Numbered from the stretch's first letter, positions 37,774 through 48,943 are shown. The stretch: DNA of 64,000 bases from Blastocatellales bacterium (GCA_050247435.1 JBFWUF010000044.1:321-64320); one strand, 5' to 3'. Notes: generated from the letters alone by a model not told the origin. Translations and numbers: made by a program.

Positions 37774-40700
37774 ATGCCTGCAACGAAATTTGGACAGCCC
37801 TGTTGGGAAGCCGGTAACATCGCTAAGGTCATCTCCACGGTCGCCCAACTGGATGCTGAATACATTGATTATTTCCTCGCCACCCACGCCCCAATCAAAC
37901 ACATTCGTCACGACGAAACGCAGGAGTTGTTGGATGAAGAACAATTTTTCCTGGAGCTAATGAAGCCGAGTCGTGGGGAAGTTCTGGCGGTAGTTCACGG
38001 CGATCCGGGGACCGGCAAATCCCATCTGATTCACTGGCTGAAGCTACGTTGCGAAGACGGCCTCAGAAGACAGGAGCTTTCAAATTTGGTGCCGGTTCTG
38101 ATCCAGCGTCGCACCGGGAGTCTCAAGGATGCGCTGGAACAGATGATTCAGCAACTGCCGCAAGATTTCGTTCATTACCTCACCCCCGTTAAAAGCGCGC
38201 TTGAGAAGATCTCTGACCTTACGGCCCGCGACAAACTCGTCGGCGAACTCTACCTTGAATTAGGAACCAGGCGGGCCGATCGTGGCCGCGCCCCGCTCCC
38301 GCGGCATCTACGCTATCTTCCGCAGGTCTGTGGCGGTTCAACTGGGTTTCGACAGTGGCTCTGCCGCGAGGCCGGAGTGATTGACCGCGTCATCAAACTT
38401 CTAACGCAACAAAGCGAAGTGGACGAGCGCGAGGGATTGCCCTCATTCGTCGAGCAGGAATTCAACCTCACCGAAGCCCGCTATAGAAATAAGGCGCGCA
38501 ATACGGATGAGGTCTACGGCCTCATTGAAGATTTTCTGGACGAACCTTCACTGCGCGAGGAGGCAGCCAGTTATTTCAATGAAGTGCTGCCGGACGCCGT
38601 TAAAGAGATGACCGGCCTTGCCGGTACGAGGTTGCGTGATGTCTTTGATCAGATTCGCGCCGACCTGAGAAGACAGGGGAAAGAGTTGGCGCTTTTCATC
38701 GAGGACGTTTCGGTGATGTCAGCGCTCGACGAGGAGGTCTTTGTCGCTCTAGAACCGCAGAAGCGACAAGGCTTGTGCCGGATGATCGCCGTCGTCGGAG
38801 TAACCAACCAAGGGTGGAATCGCCTTCCGCATAACCAAAAACAACGCGTCACGTATCCTGTTTCCATTGGCGGCCAGATGACCGACGAATGGTGCCGCGA
38901 CCCGCGATCGGTGGCAGAGTTTACAGCGCGCTATTTGAACGCTCTGCGCCTGCCGCCTCAGGACGTTGGTGCGATAGCACATCACAGACGCAACGGCGGA
39001 GATGTGACCATTAGCGCTTGCGAGCGTTGCCCAGTCAGGGAAGAGTGCCATGGGATTTTCGGCGCGGTCGAGATCGAAAATTTGGACGTCGGTCTGTTCC
39101 CGTTGACCAACAGCGCTCCACAACGCCTGCTCAGCAACCTGCAAGAACATTTGAGAGATCGTCGGAATCAGCGCGGCTTGTTGGCGCATATCCTCCAACC
39201 AATACTCGACAAGGGGCATGAGGATTTGGAAGCAGAAACGTTCCCGAATTTTCCGATGGCGGTAGAGTCGCCGCCGCCGACATACTGGACGGGCTTTGAG
39301 GAAAGATTCTGCGGCGGGTGGAATCCGGGGGACAAAAAACGCCTGAAATTCCTGGCGCAGTTTTGGGTCGAAGCGCGCGACACTGATGAGGCCGTGGAAA
39401 AGTTGCAACCGTTTCTTGAGCCGCTCGGCTTTCGGGAGTTCAGCGCTGCAGCAGCCATTAAGCCAGTCAGCCCACGTCAAGCAACTGTCGAAAAACGCGA
39501 GCAGAAAACCACTCAGGAAACACCGCAGCAGGCTGAGCGTGAGAAACTCAACGAATTACTCCACAATCTTGATAAGTGGATGGCCGGTGACGTGCTGGTG
39601 GGCGATCCGGAAGCGCGGGGAATGCTGGCCGACTTGATTCGCAAAGCTATGCCTTGGGACGACCATAGCTTTCCACCGCTCGAAGTATGGAAGACGCTGC
39701 TCGGCGAGGGATCGAACTACAAGTTCATAAACATTGAGGGGATGCGAAGCAAACTGGTCGGCACGAAGTTTTCCATCCGTTTCGAGCGAACAAAAGAAAC
39801 ACGTGACTTGCTGGAAGCTTTGGCGCAGTACCAGTACGCCGGCGCCCGCTCTTGGAACTTCCCACACGGCGAGTTGCACAAGCGCACCGTCGCCGCATGG
39901 GTGCGAAAGCATAGCGAAGAAATCACCGGCCAGTTGCAACCGCCAAACGGGCTTGATACGAGAGCGCCGGTCGCTGGCGCAGTGCAGTTCTTGGCTACCT
40001 ATGCGCTGATTGGGCGACGGGCCAAGCTGCCGCAAGAATTGCCCGAACTGGTAAAGACGCTGCTCGCCGATGGCCAAGACGAGTTGCCTGCCGCGTTGAG
40101 CAAAGAGTGGAAGTCGTTGGTTGAGGACCTGCGGATCAGGCGGCCTGAGATCAGGCGGTTTCTGCTCAGGGAGCTTGATATTCCGCAAGGCAGAAAGGCG
40201 CGCGAAATCAACTTCATCAATCCCTTGCCGATCATTCAGGAGGCCGCGGCTTACACGAGCGACCCGAAGATTTCGCCGCCTGGCGATGAGTACCATCAAG
40301 ACTTCTGGCAAACGCGCTACGATGTTTTTGAAAAGGCCGGCAGATACTCAGACCTTGCGGCGGCGCTCGATCTGGAGAGGTTGGCAATCAGCGATTTGGT
40401 GGAACGCATTGCCTCATCGCTGCATACTGCCGGTTACAGCGCCGGCAATCTGCCTGAAGCGATCGCAAATTACTGCGCCGACCTCGCGGAGGTTCTTCAG
40501 GCGCTAAGAAAAGCCAAGTTTCCAGTGCCTGACAAGGACTTCGATGAACTCATCAGGCGTAAGGTTTTTGTCGAGCGAAGAGAGGTTTGGATGACGGCCA
40601 TCAGGGAGGCCCAAGAAGTCGCCGAGGCAGAGGAACTGATGTCGGTCATGCTCTTCGATCCGAAAAACCTGCAAGAGGCGAGCGTCTGTTTGACAGTGGC

Positions 40701-40839
40701 TGAAAAGTATCGCTCCGTTTTAGAGCGAGAGGTCGAGGCGAAATTGCGGCACATTGAACAAGAGGGAGACCCGGATCAGATTGCCGCCGAACTGCTGCAG
40801 TCGCTTGAAGCGATTGCAGCGATAACCGCGGACAAGTAA
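37774..40839 (+). CDS. large P-loop NTPase (DpdH-like position), 1021 aa
   Basis: Walker A VVHGDPGTGKSHL. Possible Walker B LFIEDVS. Confidence 0.6.
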   Translation: MPATKFGQPCWEAGNIAKVISTVAQLDAEYIDYFLATHAPIKHIRHDETQELLDEEQFFLELMKPSRGEVLAVVHGDPGTGKSHLIHWLKLRCEDGLRRQELSNLVPVLIQRRTGSLKDALEQMIQQLPQDFVHYLTPVKSALEKISDLTARDKLVGELYLELGTRRADRGRAPLPRHLRYLPQVCGGSTGFRQWLCREAGVIDRVIKLLTQQSEVDEREGLPSFVEQEFNLTEARYRNKARNTDEVYGLIEDFLDEPSLREEAASYFNEVLPDAVKEMTGLAGTRLRDVFDQIRADLRRQGKELALFIEDVSVMSALDEEVFVALEPQKRQGLCRMIAVVGVTNQGWNRLPHNQKQRVTYPVSIGGQMTDEWCRDPRSVAEFTARYLNALRLPPQDVGAIAHHRRNGGDVTISACERCPVREECHGIFGAVEIENLDVGLFPLTNSAPQRLLSNLQEHLRDRRNQRGLLAHILQPILDKGHEDLEAETFPNFPMAVESPPPTYWTGFEERFCGGWNPGDKKRLKFLAQFWVEARDTDEAVEKLQPFLEPLGFREFSAAAAIKPVSPRQATVEKREQKTTQETPQQAEREKLNELLHNLDKWMAGDVLVGDPEARGMLADLIRKAMPWDDHSFPPLEVWKTLLGEGSNYKFINIEGMRSKLVGTKFSIRFERTKETRDLLEALAQYQYAGARSWNFPHGELHKRTVAAWVRKHSEEITGQLQPPNGLDTRAPVAGAVQFLATYALIGRRAKLPQELPELVKTLLADGQDELPAALSKEWKSLVEDLRIRRPEIRRFLLRELDIPQGRKAREINFINPLPIIQEAAAYTSDPKISPPGDEYHQDFWQTRYDVFEKAGRYSDLAAALDLERLAISDLVERIASSLHTAGYSAGNLPEAIANYCADLAEVLQALRKAKFPVPDKDFDELIRRKVFVERREVWMTAIREAQEVAEAEELMSVMLFDPKNLQEASVCLTVAEKYRSVLEREVEAKLRHIEQEGDPDQIAAELLQSLEAIAAITADK

Positions 40840-40849
40840 GGCGGAACTG

Positions 40850-41536
40850 ATGTCTAAATGGCTTGAGTTGAAGCAAAAGATTGAGACCATTCCGGAAAAG
40901 GAAGGGCGTAAAAATTTAGTCGGGAAGTTAGCGCTCTACGGCAGCAAGACCGCCGAAGCGCGTGACTCTCTTGCCCGGAGCGCCCAGGCTCAACGGTGCG
41001 CGCAAAGTGTCTTTCCCGAAGGAGGCTTTCAACGAAGCGAGAAGCAGTTAAGCGAAGCCGTGAGCGCCGCGCGCACGCTCCACAAGAAACTCGTTAAACA
41101 GATAGAAGCAGTTGAGAAAGATGCATCAGAAAAGCAGTTCCTAGCCATTGACGAATACGCCAAAGCGGCGCGGAACAGCTTGAAAGACCAATGGAGCAAT
41201 TTGCTCGGTCGCAAGATTGCTGACTTCGAAAACCTGGTTAAGGTGGCAAGTGAAGCTGATCTGGCTGGCAGTAAAAGCCTGACTGAAATCTTGAGCCGCC
41301 TGCGTGCACAGGCAGCGAATCCACCAAACAATGGTGAGGCCGCAAAGCGCATTGCGGCGGATCTTGAGAGTTTGAAAAATTCCGTCAGCACTTTGGGCCT
41401 CGAAGGCCGGGTGGGGAAATTCTTGATCGCGGCAGCGGAGGGGCGAGGTAACCCGAAAGACCTCGGCGACCCTGAAATTGTGGCCTTTATTGACCGCAAT
41501 AATCTTTGGAATTTGCTCTCAGTAAAGCTTCGGTGA
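40850..41536 (+). CDS. hypothetical helical protein (DpdI-like position), 228 aa
   Basis: ORF in the operon. No motif. Confidence 0.45.
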   Translation: MSKWLELKQKIETIPEKEGRKNLVGKLALYGSKTAEARDSLARSAQAQRCAQSVFPEGGFQRSEKQLSEAVSAARTLHKKLVKQIEAVEKDASEKQFLAIDEYAKAARNSLKDQWSNLLGRKIADFENLVKVASEADLAGSKSLTEILSRLRAQAANPPNNGEAAKRIAADLESLKNSVSTLGLEGRVGKFLIAAAEGRGNPKDLGDPEIVAFIDRNNLWNLLSVKLR

Positions 41537-41542
41537 ACTTTT

Positions 41543-44500
41543 ATGTCCGTTACTGGCTTTGTCGGCGAATTTTTGTCATTCCTCGAACAGCAGGAGGCGC
41601 GTCTGCTTTCCTGGGGCTTTTACAACGTTTCGTTCGGGATATCTGAAATTGAAAACTTGCTGGAGCAGGAGGCGCCGGACTCTCTCCTCAAAGCCTGGCA
41701 GGAGTTGCAGGACGGAGGCTGGACAATAGACCTGCTGGTGAGTGAGATGGAGTCCAGCAATCTGCTCTACCGAGTTGCTCCCGGCGAGGAGATTTATCGA
41801 ACGAGATTTGCCGAGGGAGTACGGCTGCTAGCGCGGCTGCGTCAGATGTTCAGACCGCAGGATTGGGCTACCGGCCCGAAGCTTGTTTCTGACATCAAAC
41901 TCCATCTCGCCCCCAGACGTTACCCGCGCCGAGATCAGCCGGCGGCGGACTGCTGGAAGGACTTGGAGGAGATTTGCTGGCGGCGTGAACTGCAACGGGC
42001 AGCATTCGATGCGCTGACAATGGGAAAAGACTCTCAGCCGCTGAATTTCTCCCGCTTTCAGCGCCAGGCGTTCAAAAACATTCTCAGTCGTTACCGAAGC
42101 AGAGGCTCAACGGGATCGGTCATTAGCGCGGGCACGGGAGCGGGCAAGACAAAGGCCTTTTACATTCCGGCATTCCTGGGCGTGGTCGCCGAACTCCCGC
42201 CGAGGCATTCGCCGCAGCAGTCAGCGTTCACGAAAGCCATTGCCATTTATCCTCGGAATGTTCTGTTAGCCGATCAACTCCGCGAGGCCCTCTCCGAAGC
42301 TGCGAAGCTGCGCCCGACGCTTGAGCGTTTCAAGCTGCGCCACCTCACCTTCGGAGCCTTGCTCGGCACAACCGCTGAAGAGCGGTGGTTCGACCCCGAC
42401 GGCGATGGAAAGTATAAAGCTGAGCAGCGTGACTGGAAGCGGGTTGGTAATGGCTTTGTCGTGCCCCTCATCAAATCCCCGATTGACCCGAGTCAGGACC
42501 TCGTCTGGCGCGATGAGGACAGGCAGCGCGGCCTGACCGCCCTTTATCGCGCGGACGGCTCGGCTCAGGAGCCGGACGTCCCCGACGGCACGTTAGCTCT
42601 CACCCGTGAGCAACTCAAAGCCAATCCACCGGATATACTTTTCCTCTCGGCGGAAATGCTTAACCGCGAGATGGGCAATCCCGAATGGGCGCGCACTTTT
42701 GGCATTGGCCTGCGCGAACGAGCGCCACGCCTCCTATTGCTCGATGAGGTACATGCCTACGAGGGAATCCACGGCGCACAGGTCGCCTGGGTGTTGCGCC
42801 GGTGGCGATACTGGAGCGGCGCGCGCGATCTGCATGTGGTAGGACTTTCGGCTACGCTGAAAGAAGCGCCGAAGCATCTCGGATTGGTAACAGGCATCCC
42901 TGCCACCTCGATCCAGGAGTTCACTCCGGCCGACAGCGATCTGACAATGGAGGGGATAGAATATAATCTTGCCATCAAAGGAGACCCGGCTTCCGGCGGC
43001 AGCCTGCTCGCCACCTCCATTCAAAGCGCCATGCTGCTCACGCGTTTGTTGACGCCGAGAAACCTGCCGCCGGTGCGCCGCGCGGGCGATGCAATCACGT
43101 CGTCGGCCTTTTACGGGCGCAAGGTCTTCGGTTTCACGGACAACCTGGACGGCCTGAATCGCTGGTACTCGGATATGAACGATGCTGAGAGTAACAAGTG
43201 GCTGGCCAGGTTGCGTCTGCACCCGCAACAACGCCAGCCTGCGGCCAACCTCCCGGCTGCGATCATCCGCCGGATGGACGAGGGAGGGCAGATCTGGGAA
43301 CTGCCCAGACGCTTAGGGTATAACCTGAACCAACCGCTGGTCGTTTCCCGATGTAGCTCTCAGGACCCCGGTGCAAACGTGGGTTCGGACTTAATAGTGG
43401 CGAGCGCCAGTCTGGAAGTCGGATTCGATGATCCGGAAGTCGGGATCGTTCTACATCACAAACGCCCCGTCTCAATCTCATCCTTCATTCAGCGAAAGGG
43501 ACGCGCCGGGCGCCGTGTCGGCACGCGGCCATGGACAGTAGTCGTGCTTTCTGATTACGGCGGCGACCGCTGGGCCTTCCAGAATGCGGAGCGCCTGTTC
43601 CAACCGGAAATTGAGACGATTTTTCTACCTATCACCAATCCCTATGTTCTGCGCATTCAGGCGACATACTTTCTGGTAGACTGGCTTGGTCACCGGATTG
43701 CGAATGGCAGCCCATTCAATTACCTGTCGCGGAGCCAGCCGGGGAATACCGCGCGCAGAGCCATCGAGATACTCAAAGACTTCATCAATCTTGGTGCCGA
43801 ATGGCGCAAATTCAGGAACGATTTCGCTCGCACTTTTGGTCGGCCATATGGCGCCGGCGGGAGAAAGTTCAGTGATGCGGAACTCGACGCGATTTTTTGG
43901 CAATCACCACGTCCCGTACTCCGCCACGTTGTGCCAACTCTTTTACGGAAACTGGAAGCAGGTTGGCGTTACGCCAACCCTCAATTGAGCGGGCAGACTG
44001 AGGATCGAGGCGCGAATCGCCCGCTCCCGCAATTTCTGCCGCAAGCCACATTCGCCGAACTCGGTGGTTCCGACGTGCGACTCAGCTTTTCTGACCAGGC
44101 CGGCAAGGATGACGAATACCTGAACGTGTCGCGCGCGCTCTTTGAGGCCTGTCCGGGGCGCGTTTCCAAGCGTTATGCCACCCGTGTAGGGGAGGAGGGC
44201 TACTGGCTTGCCTTCTCAGAGCAGTTGCTGCAACGCATTGGTGACTTAGCCGCACCCGTTAGCGCTCTCTTTCCGGACCGCCTCTTCCTTGAAAACACTG
44301 ATGGCGTCGCCATCTACCAGCCGCAGGCAATCGAATTACGGCATCGGCCTAACCAGGTGCTGGATACCAGCAACGCTTCCTGGAACTGGCAAAGCTGTAT
44401 CCAAGCACTCACGCCCGGCTGCAGACTTGCCATTTTCGCAGGCGGGCCGTGGAGCGATGTAGTGAGCCATTGTGAAGTCCATCTTCATCGCGACCAATCC

Positions 44501-46129
44501 GGCATTAGCGTTTTGCGTTACGCCCGCTCGTGTGACTACGAGTTACGCCTGCAGCGCGGGACATCCAGCCGGGGCAGGCTGACGCTGGCTTCGAGCGACG
44601 GTGATGGCAACGCCGTACCGGAGGCGGTAGGATTTCAACTCAACGTGGACGGCATTGCCCTGCGCCTGAGGCGCGAACACCTTCAGAACATGGTAGACGA
44701 TGACGCCTCTCGCCGGTCCCGCTTTCGCCCGGATCACTTTCTGGATCGGGTCAGAGCCTCTGAAGTTCTGAGAGAGCGAATGAGCATTTTTCTTGCGGAT
44801 TGGCTATGGCAAACCAGCATGGCTATGCTGGCGGCGACGGCGCTACGGCAACAGTGTTCGCTGGAAGAGGCGCAACAGAGGTTGACCGGGTTGCGGGAGC
44901 AGGCGGCTAGGCGTGTACTCGATACGATCTTCCAATTTCAGGGCATTGATCAGCAGGGCGATCCGCGACTGAAAGATAGGATTCTCGACCAGTGGCGTGA
45001 TCCCATTGTGTTGGGAGAAATGGAGGCCCTGGAAAGGACACTCTGGGCAAGCCCGGATGCCGGTTATCAGGAATGGGGGCGACGACGCTACGTTGCCTCG
45101 CTGGCGCAAGCATTTCGCGCCGCGGCGGTGAGCCGATTGAATGAAGTTTCTGAAGACGACCTCATGGTGGACGTCGTATGGACAGCAGAAGGCGACGCGG
45201 AAATTTACCTGACCGAAACGAGTTCCGGCGGACTGGGGCAGATTGAAATGATCGTTCATGAGCTGAAGCAATCGCCCGAAGCTTTCCTCGAGGGCTTACG
45301 CCACGCCCTCTCTTTTTGCCCCAGACATTTTATTGCTGCCAATTTGTTGGCGGTTTTGAGGCAGGTTAACTCCACGACGGAGCAGGGGGGTGACATGCGC
45401 AACGCTTTCGCTCAGGTGCGCGCCGCACAAGGATTCCAAGCACAGGACGAGGCGCGGCGTGGGCTCCGAGCTACGCTTGAAGAGATCGGGTTGGCTTCCT
45501 CTCGCGCGGTAGTGGTGGCGTTAGTTACTAAGCTCCTGCGCGCAGGAAGTTCTCCGCGCACCGACGTTATTCTTCACATGCTCAATCGGGCCTGGCGGCG
45601 GCGCGAGGAAAGGCTCGGCATCTCTATTGACCCGCGAGTGTTCGCTTACCTATGCGTGCAATACCCACCCGCGCGGCAACGACTGAGGCAACTTTTCAGA
45701 GAAGTTAGTGGCGGCGAGAATCCGGATGATATGCAACTCTACGCCGTACTTCAGCAGTTTCTCCTGCCCGGCTGCGAGGATAGTTGTCCTGAGTGCCTCG
45801 ATCAGCCACACCGCTACCACGATTTTGGCCGCCCGTCGCGTTCGCTGGCAACAGACCAACTCAAGTTCAGAATACCTGAGGTAGCAGTAGAGGAGCACCC
45901 CGATGACTGGCTTGACCTCGTGCGACAGCGGCTGTTGAGTGATTCCGATTTGCAAGTCGTCGTCGACAGTTCGCGGCTTGCAGCCGTAGCCAGGGAGATA
46001 CAGGGCTTGCTCGCTGAAGAACTGGAAGCAGGGTTCCTGTTGCGCCCGGCCTCAATCGCCGGCGTCAGGCGTGAAGGCGCTGACTGGAAAATACACCTTC
46101 AGCTCAAGGGGGTGAACTATGGCGCTTGA
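41543..46129 (+). CDS. large DEAD/DEAH-box helicase with a C-terminal Cys/His zinc-finger region (Lhr/DUF1998-like; DpdJ-like position), 1528 aa
   Basis: AGTGAGKTKAF (motif I), LLLDEVHAYEG (DEVH), VGLSATL (III), QRKGRAGRR (VI), C-terminal CPECLDQPHRYHD. Confidence 0.75.
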   Translation: MSVTGFVGEFLSFLEQQEARLLSWGFYNVSFGISEIENLLEQEAPDSLLKAWQELQDGGWTIDLLVSEMESSNLLYRVAPGEEIYRTRFAEGVRLLARLRQMFRPQDWATGPKLVSDIKLHLAPRRYPRRDQPAADCWKDLEEICWRRELQRAAFDALTMGKDSQPLNFSRFQRQAFKNILSRYRSRGSTGSVISAGTGAGKTKAFYIPAFLGVVAELPPRHSPQQSAFTKAIAIYPRNVLLADQLREALSEAAKLRPTLERFKLRHLTFGALLGTTAEERWFDPDGDGKYKAEQRDWKRVGNGFVVPLIKSPIDPSQDLVWRDEDRQRGLTALYRADGSAQEPDVPDGTLALTREQLKANPPDILFLSAEMLNREMGNPEWARTFGIGLRERAPRLLLLDEVHAYEGIHGAQVAWVLRRWRYWSGARDLHVVGLSATLKEAPKHLGLVTGIPATSIQEFTPADSDLTMEGIEYNLAIKGDPASGGSLLATSIQSAMLLTRLLTPRNLPPVRRAGDAITSSAFYGRKVFGFTDNLDGLNRWYSDMNDAESNKWLARLRLHPQQRQPAANLPAAIIRRMDEGGQIWELPRRLGYNLNQPLVVSRCSSQDPGANVGSDLIVASASLEVGFDDPEVGIVLHHKRPVSISSFIQRKGRAGRRVGTRPWTVVVLSDYGGDRWAFQNAERLFQPEIETIFLPITNPYVLRIQATYFLVDWLGHRIANGSPFNYLSRSQPGNTARRAIEILKDFINLGAEWRKFRNDFARTFGRPYGAGGRKFSDAELDAIFWQSPRPVLRHVVPTLLRKLEAGWRYANPQLSGQTEDRGANRPLPQFLPQATFAELGGSDVRLSFSDQAGKDDEYLNVSRALFEACPGRVSKRYATRVGEEGYWLAFSEQLLQRIGDLAAPVSALFPDRLFLENTDGVAIYQPQAIELRHRPNQVLDTSNASWNWQSCIQALTPGCRLAIFAGGPWSDVVSHCEVHLHRDQSGISVLRYARSCDYELRLQRGTSSRGRLTLASSDGDGNAVPEAVGFQLNVDGIALRLRREHLQNMVDDDASRRSRFRPDHFLDRVRASEVLRERMSIFLADWLWQTSMAMLAATALRQQCSLEEAQQRLTGLREQAARRVLDTIFQFQGIDQQGDPRLKDRILDQWRDPIVLGEMEALERTLWASPDAGYQEWGRRRYVASLAQAFRAAAVSRLNEVSEDDLMVDVVWTAEGDAEIYLTETSSGGLGQIEMIVHELKQSPEAFLEGLRHALSFCPRHFIAANLLAVLRQVNSTTEQGGDMRNAFAQVRAAQGFQAQDEARRGLRATLEEIGLASSRAVVVALVTKLLRAGSSPRTDVILHMLNRAWRRREERLGISIDPRVFAYLCVQYPPARQRLRQLFREVSGGENPDDMQLYAVLQQFLLPGCEDSCPECLDQPHRYHDFGRPSRSLATDQLKFRIPEVAVEEHPDDWLDLVRQRLLSDSDLQVVVDSSRLAAVAREIQGLLAEELEAGFLLRPASIAGVRREGADWKIHLQLKGVNYGA

Positions 46130-46673
46130 GCAGGAGTTCCGCCAGGCGAGCCGTGACGTATGGTCGCACGGCAGCGGGCAGCAGTTGCGTGACCTGCTGG
46201 CTTCATCTCTGAGCACCCTGCTGCTGCTCGAAGGAGAGAAGCATGCATATTTTTCCAGCCCCTGGGTCTCCGACTTCGTCCTCTTCGAAAATCATTTCGG
46301 CCAGTTCAGCGCGCTCTTTCCCGAATTCGGCGATCAGACCGAAATCCGCTTCAGCGATTACCTGGTCTGTTTGGCGAAAAAGCTTCCGGTGAGGATCATC
46401 ACGACCAGCAGCGAGGTCTCCGCCGGTTTCCGTAGTCACCTGGAACTTCGTTCTTGCGCGCACATCCAGGTGCGAACCGCACCGGACGAATATCACGAGA
46501 AAGGCATTCTCGCGCCGTCCTTCTACATCGAGGGCTCGATGAATATCACTTACAGCGGAGTTTACGTCAGAGGGGAAAAAGTGACCTATCACTCGGCCGG
46601 AAATCCGCAAGGAGCAAGCAAAATTTCCGCCGCTTACTTGGAGTATGACCGCCGTTGGAGCATCCTGAAATAA
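46119..46673 (+). CDS. phospholipase-D-family (HKD-like) putative nuclease (DpdK-like position), 184 aa
   Basis: HEKGILAPSFYIEGSMNIT resembles HxK(x4)D(x6)GSxN, but with Pro in place of the Asp. A single HKD-like motif. Confidence 0.5.
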   Translation: MALEQEFRQASRDVWSHGSGQQLRDLLASSLSTLLLLEGEKHAYFSSPWVSDFVLFENHFGQFSALFPEFGDQTEIRFSDYLVCLAKKLPVRIITTSSEVSAGFRSHLELRSCAHIQVRTAPDEYHEKGILAPSFYIEGSMNITYSGVYVRGEKVTYHSAGNPQGASKISAAYLEYDRRWSILK

Positions 46674-48883
46674 AGAGTTTGTCTATGCTCACACCAGATC
46701 AAATCACCTTGCTGCGCCGGTTACAAGGCAATTGGCCGAAGCACCTCCAACTAACGTTTGATGAGCAGAACAGACCGGATCTTGCCGAGCATCCACTGGC
46801 CGGCGAACTACTGGCGCTGAGCCGCAGTGAGCGCACATCACTTCCATTTTTCACCCCCAACCGCCCAGACCGCATCATCTGGCTGACGATTGCGCCCAAT
46901 GCAGAAGAGCTGCAGTCGGCGATGGCGGACCTGCGCGCATGGCTGTTGCCCAGTTTCGGCTGGGAAGATGAGCCGCCAATTGTCGCACCAGGAGAATCTT
47001 CAGGCCCGTTGAGCGAAGTGCTGCGCGCGCTTTCGCCAGCAGGTTATTTCCGCTGGTGGACGATGCGGGCTGAATTTAGCCGCGCGGTCGGCAAACTTCG
47101 CGCGCTGCGCGACCTCGAGCAGCGTCGCCCGGCGCATGCCCACGCACGGCCTCCCTCACTCTTCGATTTGCGGCAGCAATACGATGTGGCGTTGCTGACG
47201 GGCGATGTTGAGGCGGCGCAGGAGGCGATTGACGGCATCAACCTTCATCAACTCGACACGGCGGCCAACACGTGCTTTATGCAGTTGCGCCTCTGGGACC
47301 ATTTCCGGGAGTACGAACGCATCGTCACTCACCCGCAACTTGCAGAGTTGGTTCGGTTGCGCATGCCGCACAGCATCCGTCTGGCCGTCATACGCGGCTT
47401 CCACGCGCACTTTCTTGCGCCGCTGGAAGAGCGCGGGGAGATCCAATCTGCCGCGAGCGTCTACGCTGAACGTGTTCACGACTCCTTGACAGGGTTACTC
47501 GAACTTTGCCGCCCCTCGGACGGGATTGAGACCAGGCGCTGCATCGGCTATAAAGCCTGGCTTTTGCAGGATGGAAATCAGGCAAGTCAGTTGTGCAAGG
47601 ATTATCAGGACGAAATGCTCGATCAACTCCTTGCGCCGCTCGCTTTGCCCGAAGCTCTCCAGCCTTCAATTCACGATTGTTTTTACACCGCCCTCCGGCG
47701 CGGCGACTGGAGGGCCGTTCAAGAGGCTGGGCAGCAATTGCTGTTGGAGGAGGTCGAAGGAGAAGCTGGTTTCAGGCGGGAGTATTTGCAGGGCGTTTTG
47801 CGCCTCAGTTTGGAATTTCACGCTAATCCGGGCCTCGGTGAATTGCTTGGAAAATCACAGCTGCCATCCACGCCTGTACCGGCCCTGGTCGTGCCGCAAA
47901 CGTGGCCGGATTTTGTGGCACGGATCAAAGAAAAAGAATGGTCGGGCGCAGACCACTTCCTGACGCTGGATAACAGGCCCTCACTCGGCGATTTAAGTCT
48001 GCCTGAACTGAGCCAAGTGGTTGAAGGTTTGGAAGAGTTGCTGACCGACCCTGACATTCACCGTGATCAGACTGGTCACCAGTTGGCGCTCGGCAGCCTG
48101 CCAGTCATCATCAAAGACTTCCTCCTCGACCCTGAATTCCCGCGCTCCTACCTTAGCAATTTGTATCGCCAACTGCTTCAACTCTGGTGTGGACAGAAGC
48201 GTGGCTCGGCCTCACCGCCTGACGCCAATCTTGTGTTGACATTGGCAGAGGCAGTTTTGCGGCTCGACAGCACATCTGAGCGCGAAGTGGCGGAGGTGAT
48301 CCGCGACTGGTGGGCGGCGCGCAGAGCGCGCGTTATGTTGCCGTTCCTCTTAAGTGGGCTGGATATCCTTTCAGAATTGACCCCTGAAAGGATTGTCACC
48401 GAAAGTCTGTGGGTGGACGGCGCGGCTCTCATCCGCCTTGACCCGCTTGCCTTTTCCCTCGGAGAGCGACAATTGTGGCGTGTTATCGGCAGCCGCATCG
48501 GACTTGATGAGAGTACGATCGATGATTTCCTCGGCATTGAATCAGCGGCTGAGAATGAAGAGCCTGACCCTCTGGCGGAAGCCGATTTGAAGAAGGTGGC
48601 CATCGTTTCGCTGCGCGAAGAGGCGGCACACGCGGCTGCGGCCCTGATCGGGCAGCGGTCAAAAGCGCAGGTGTTGGTGGTGAGCGAAACGCACGCCGGC
48701 GTCCAGACAGCGAGCGCCAAGACCGCGGACGTTATCCTTTTTGTATGGGCCAGTAGCACTCACGCTGTTTATCGTGCTTTCGACGGAGTGCGGGAGAAAT
48801 TGTCATACGTTCAAGGCAAGGGGGCAGCCAGCATCGTCCTCGCGCTCGAACGTTGGGTGATAAAGCAGCGGGAATCAATATAG
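46655..48883 (+). CDS. large hypothetical protein (742 aa), last gene of the plus-strand Dpd-like operon (possible DpdD-like component)
   Basis: Start overlaps the previous gene. No motif recognised. Confidence 0.45.
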   Translation: MEHPEIKSLSMLTPDQITLLRRLQGNWPKHLQLTFDEQNRPDLAEHPLAGELLALSRSERTSLPFFTPNRPDRIIWLTIAPNAEELQSAMADLRAWLLPSFGWEDEPPIVAPGESSGPLSEVLRALSPAGYFRWWTMRAEFSRAVGKLRALRDLEQRRPAHAHARPPSLFDLRQQYDVALLTGDVEAAQEAIDGINLHQLDTAANTCFMQLRLWDHFREYERIVTHPQLAELVRLRMPHSIRLAVIRGFHAHFLAPLEERGEIQSAASVYAERVHDSLTGLLELCRPSDGIETRRCIGYKAWLLQDGNQASQLCKDYQDEMLDQLLAPLALPEALQPSIHDCFYTALRRGDWRAVQEAGQQLLLEEVEGEAGFRREYLQGVLRLSLEFHANPGLGELLGKSQLPSTPVPALVVPQTWPDFVARIKEKEWSGADHFLTLDNRPSLGDLSLPELSQVVEGLEELLTDPDIHRDQTGHQLALGSLPVIIKDFLLDPEFPRSYLSNLYRQLLQLWCGQKRGSASPPDANLVLTLAEAVLRLDSTSEREVAEVIRDWWAARRARVMLPFLLSGLDILSELTPERIVTESLWVDGAALIRLDPLAFSLGERQLWRVIGSRIGLDESTIDDFLGIESAAENEEPDPLAEADLKKVAIVSLREEAAHAAAALIGQRSKAQVLVVSETHAGVQTASAKTADVILFVWASSTHAVYRAFDGVREKLSYVQGKGAASIVLALERWVIKQRESI

Positions 48884-48943
48884 ATCCGCGCGAGATCACT
48901 CCTGTAGGATGGATTGCCACAGCCTATCGATGTGCTATTCGTG

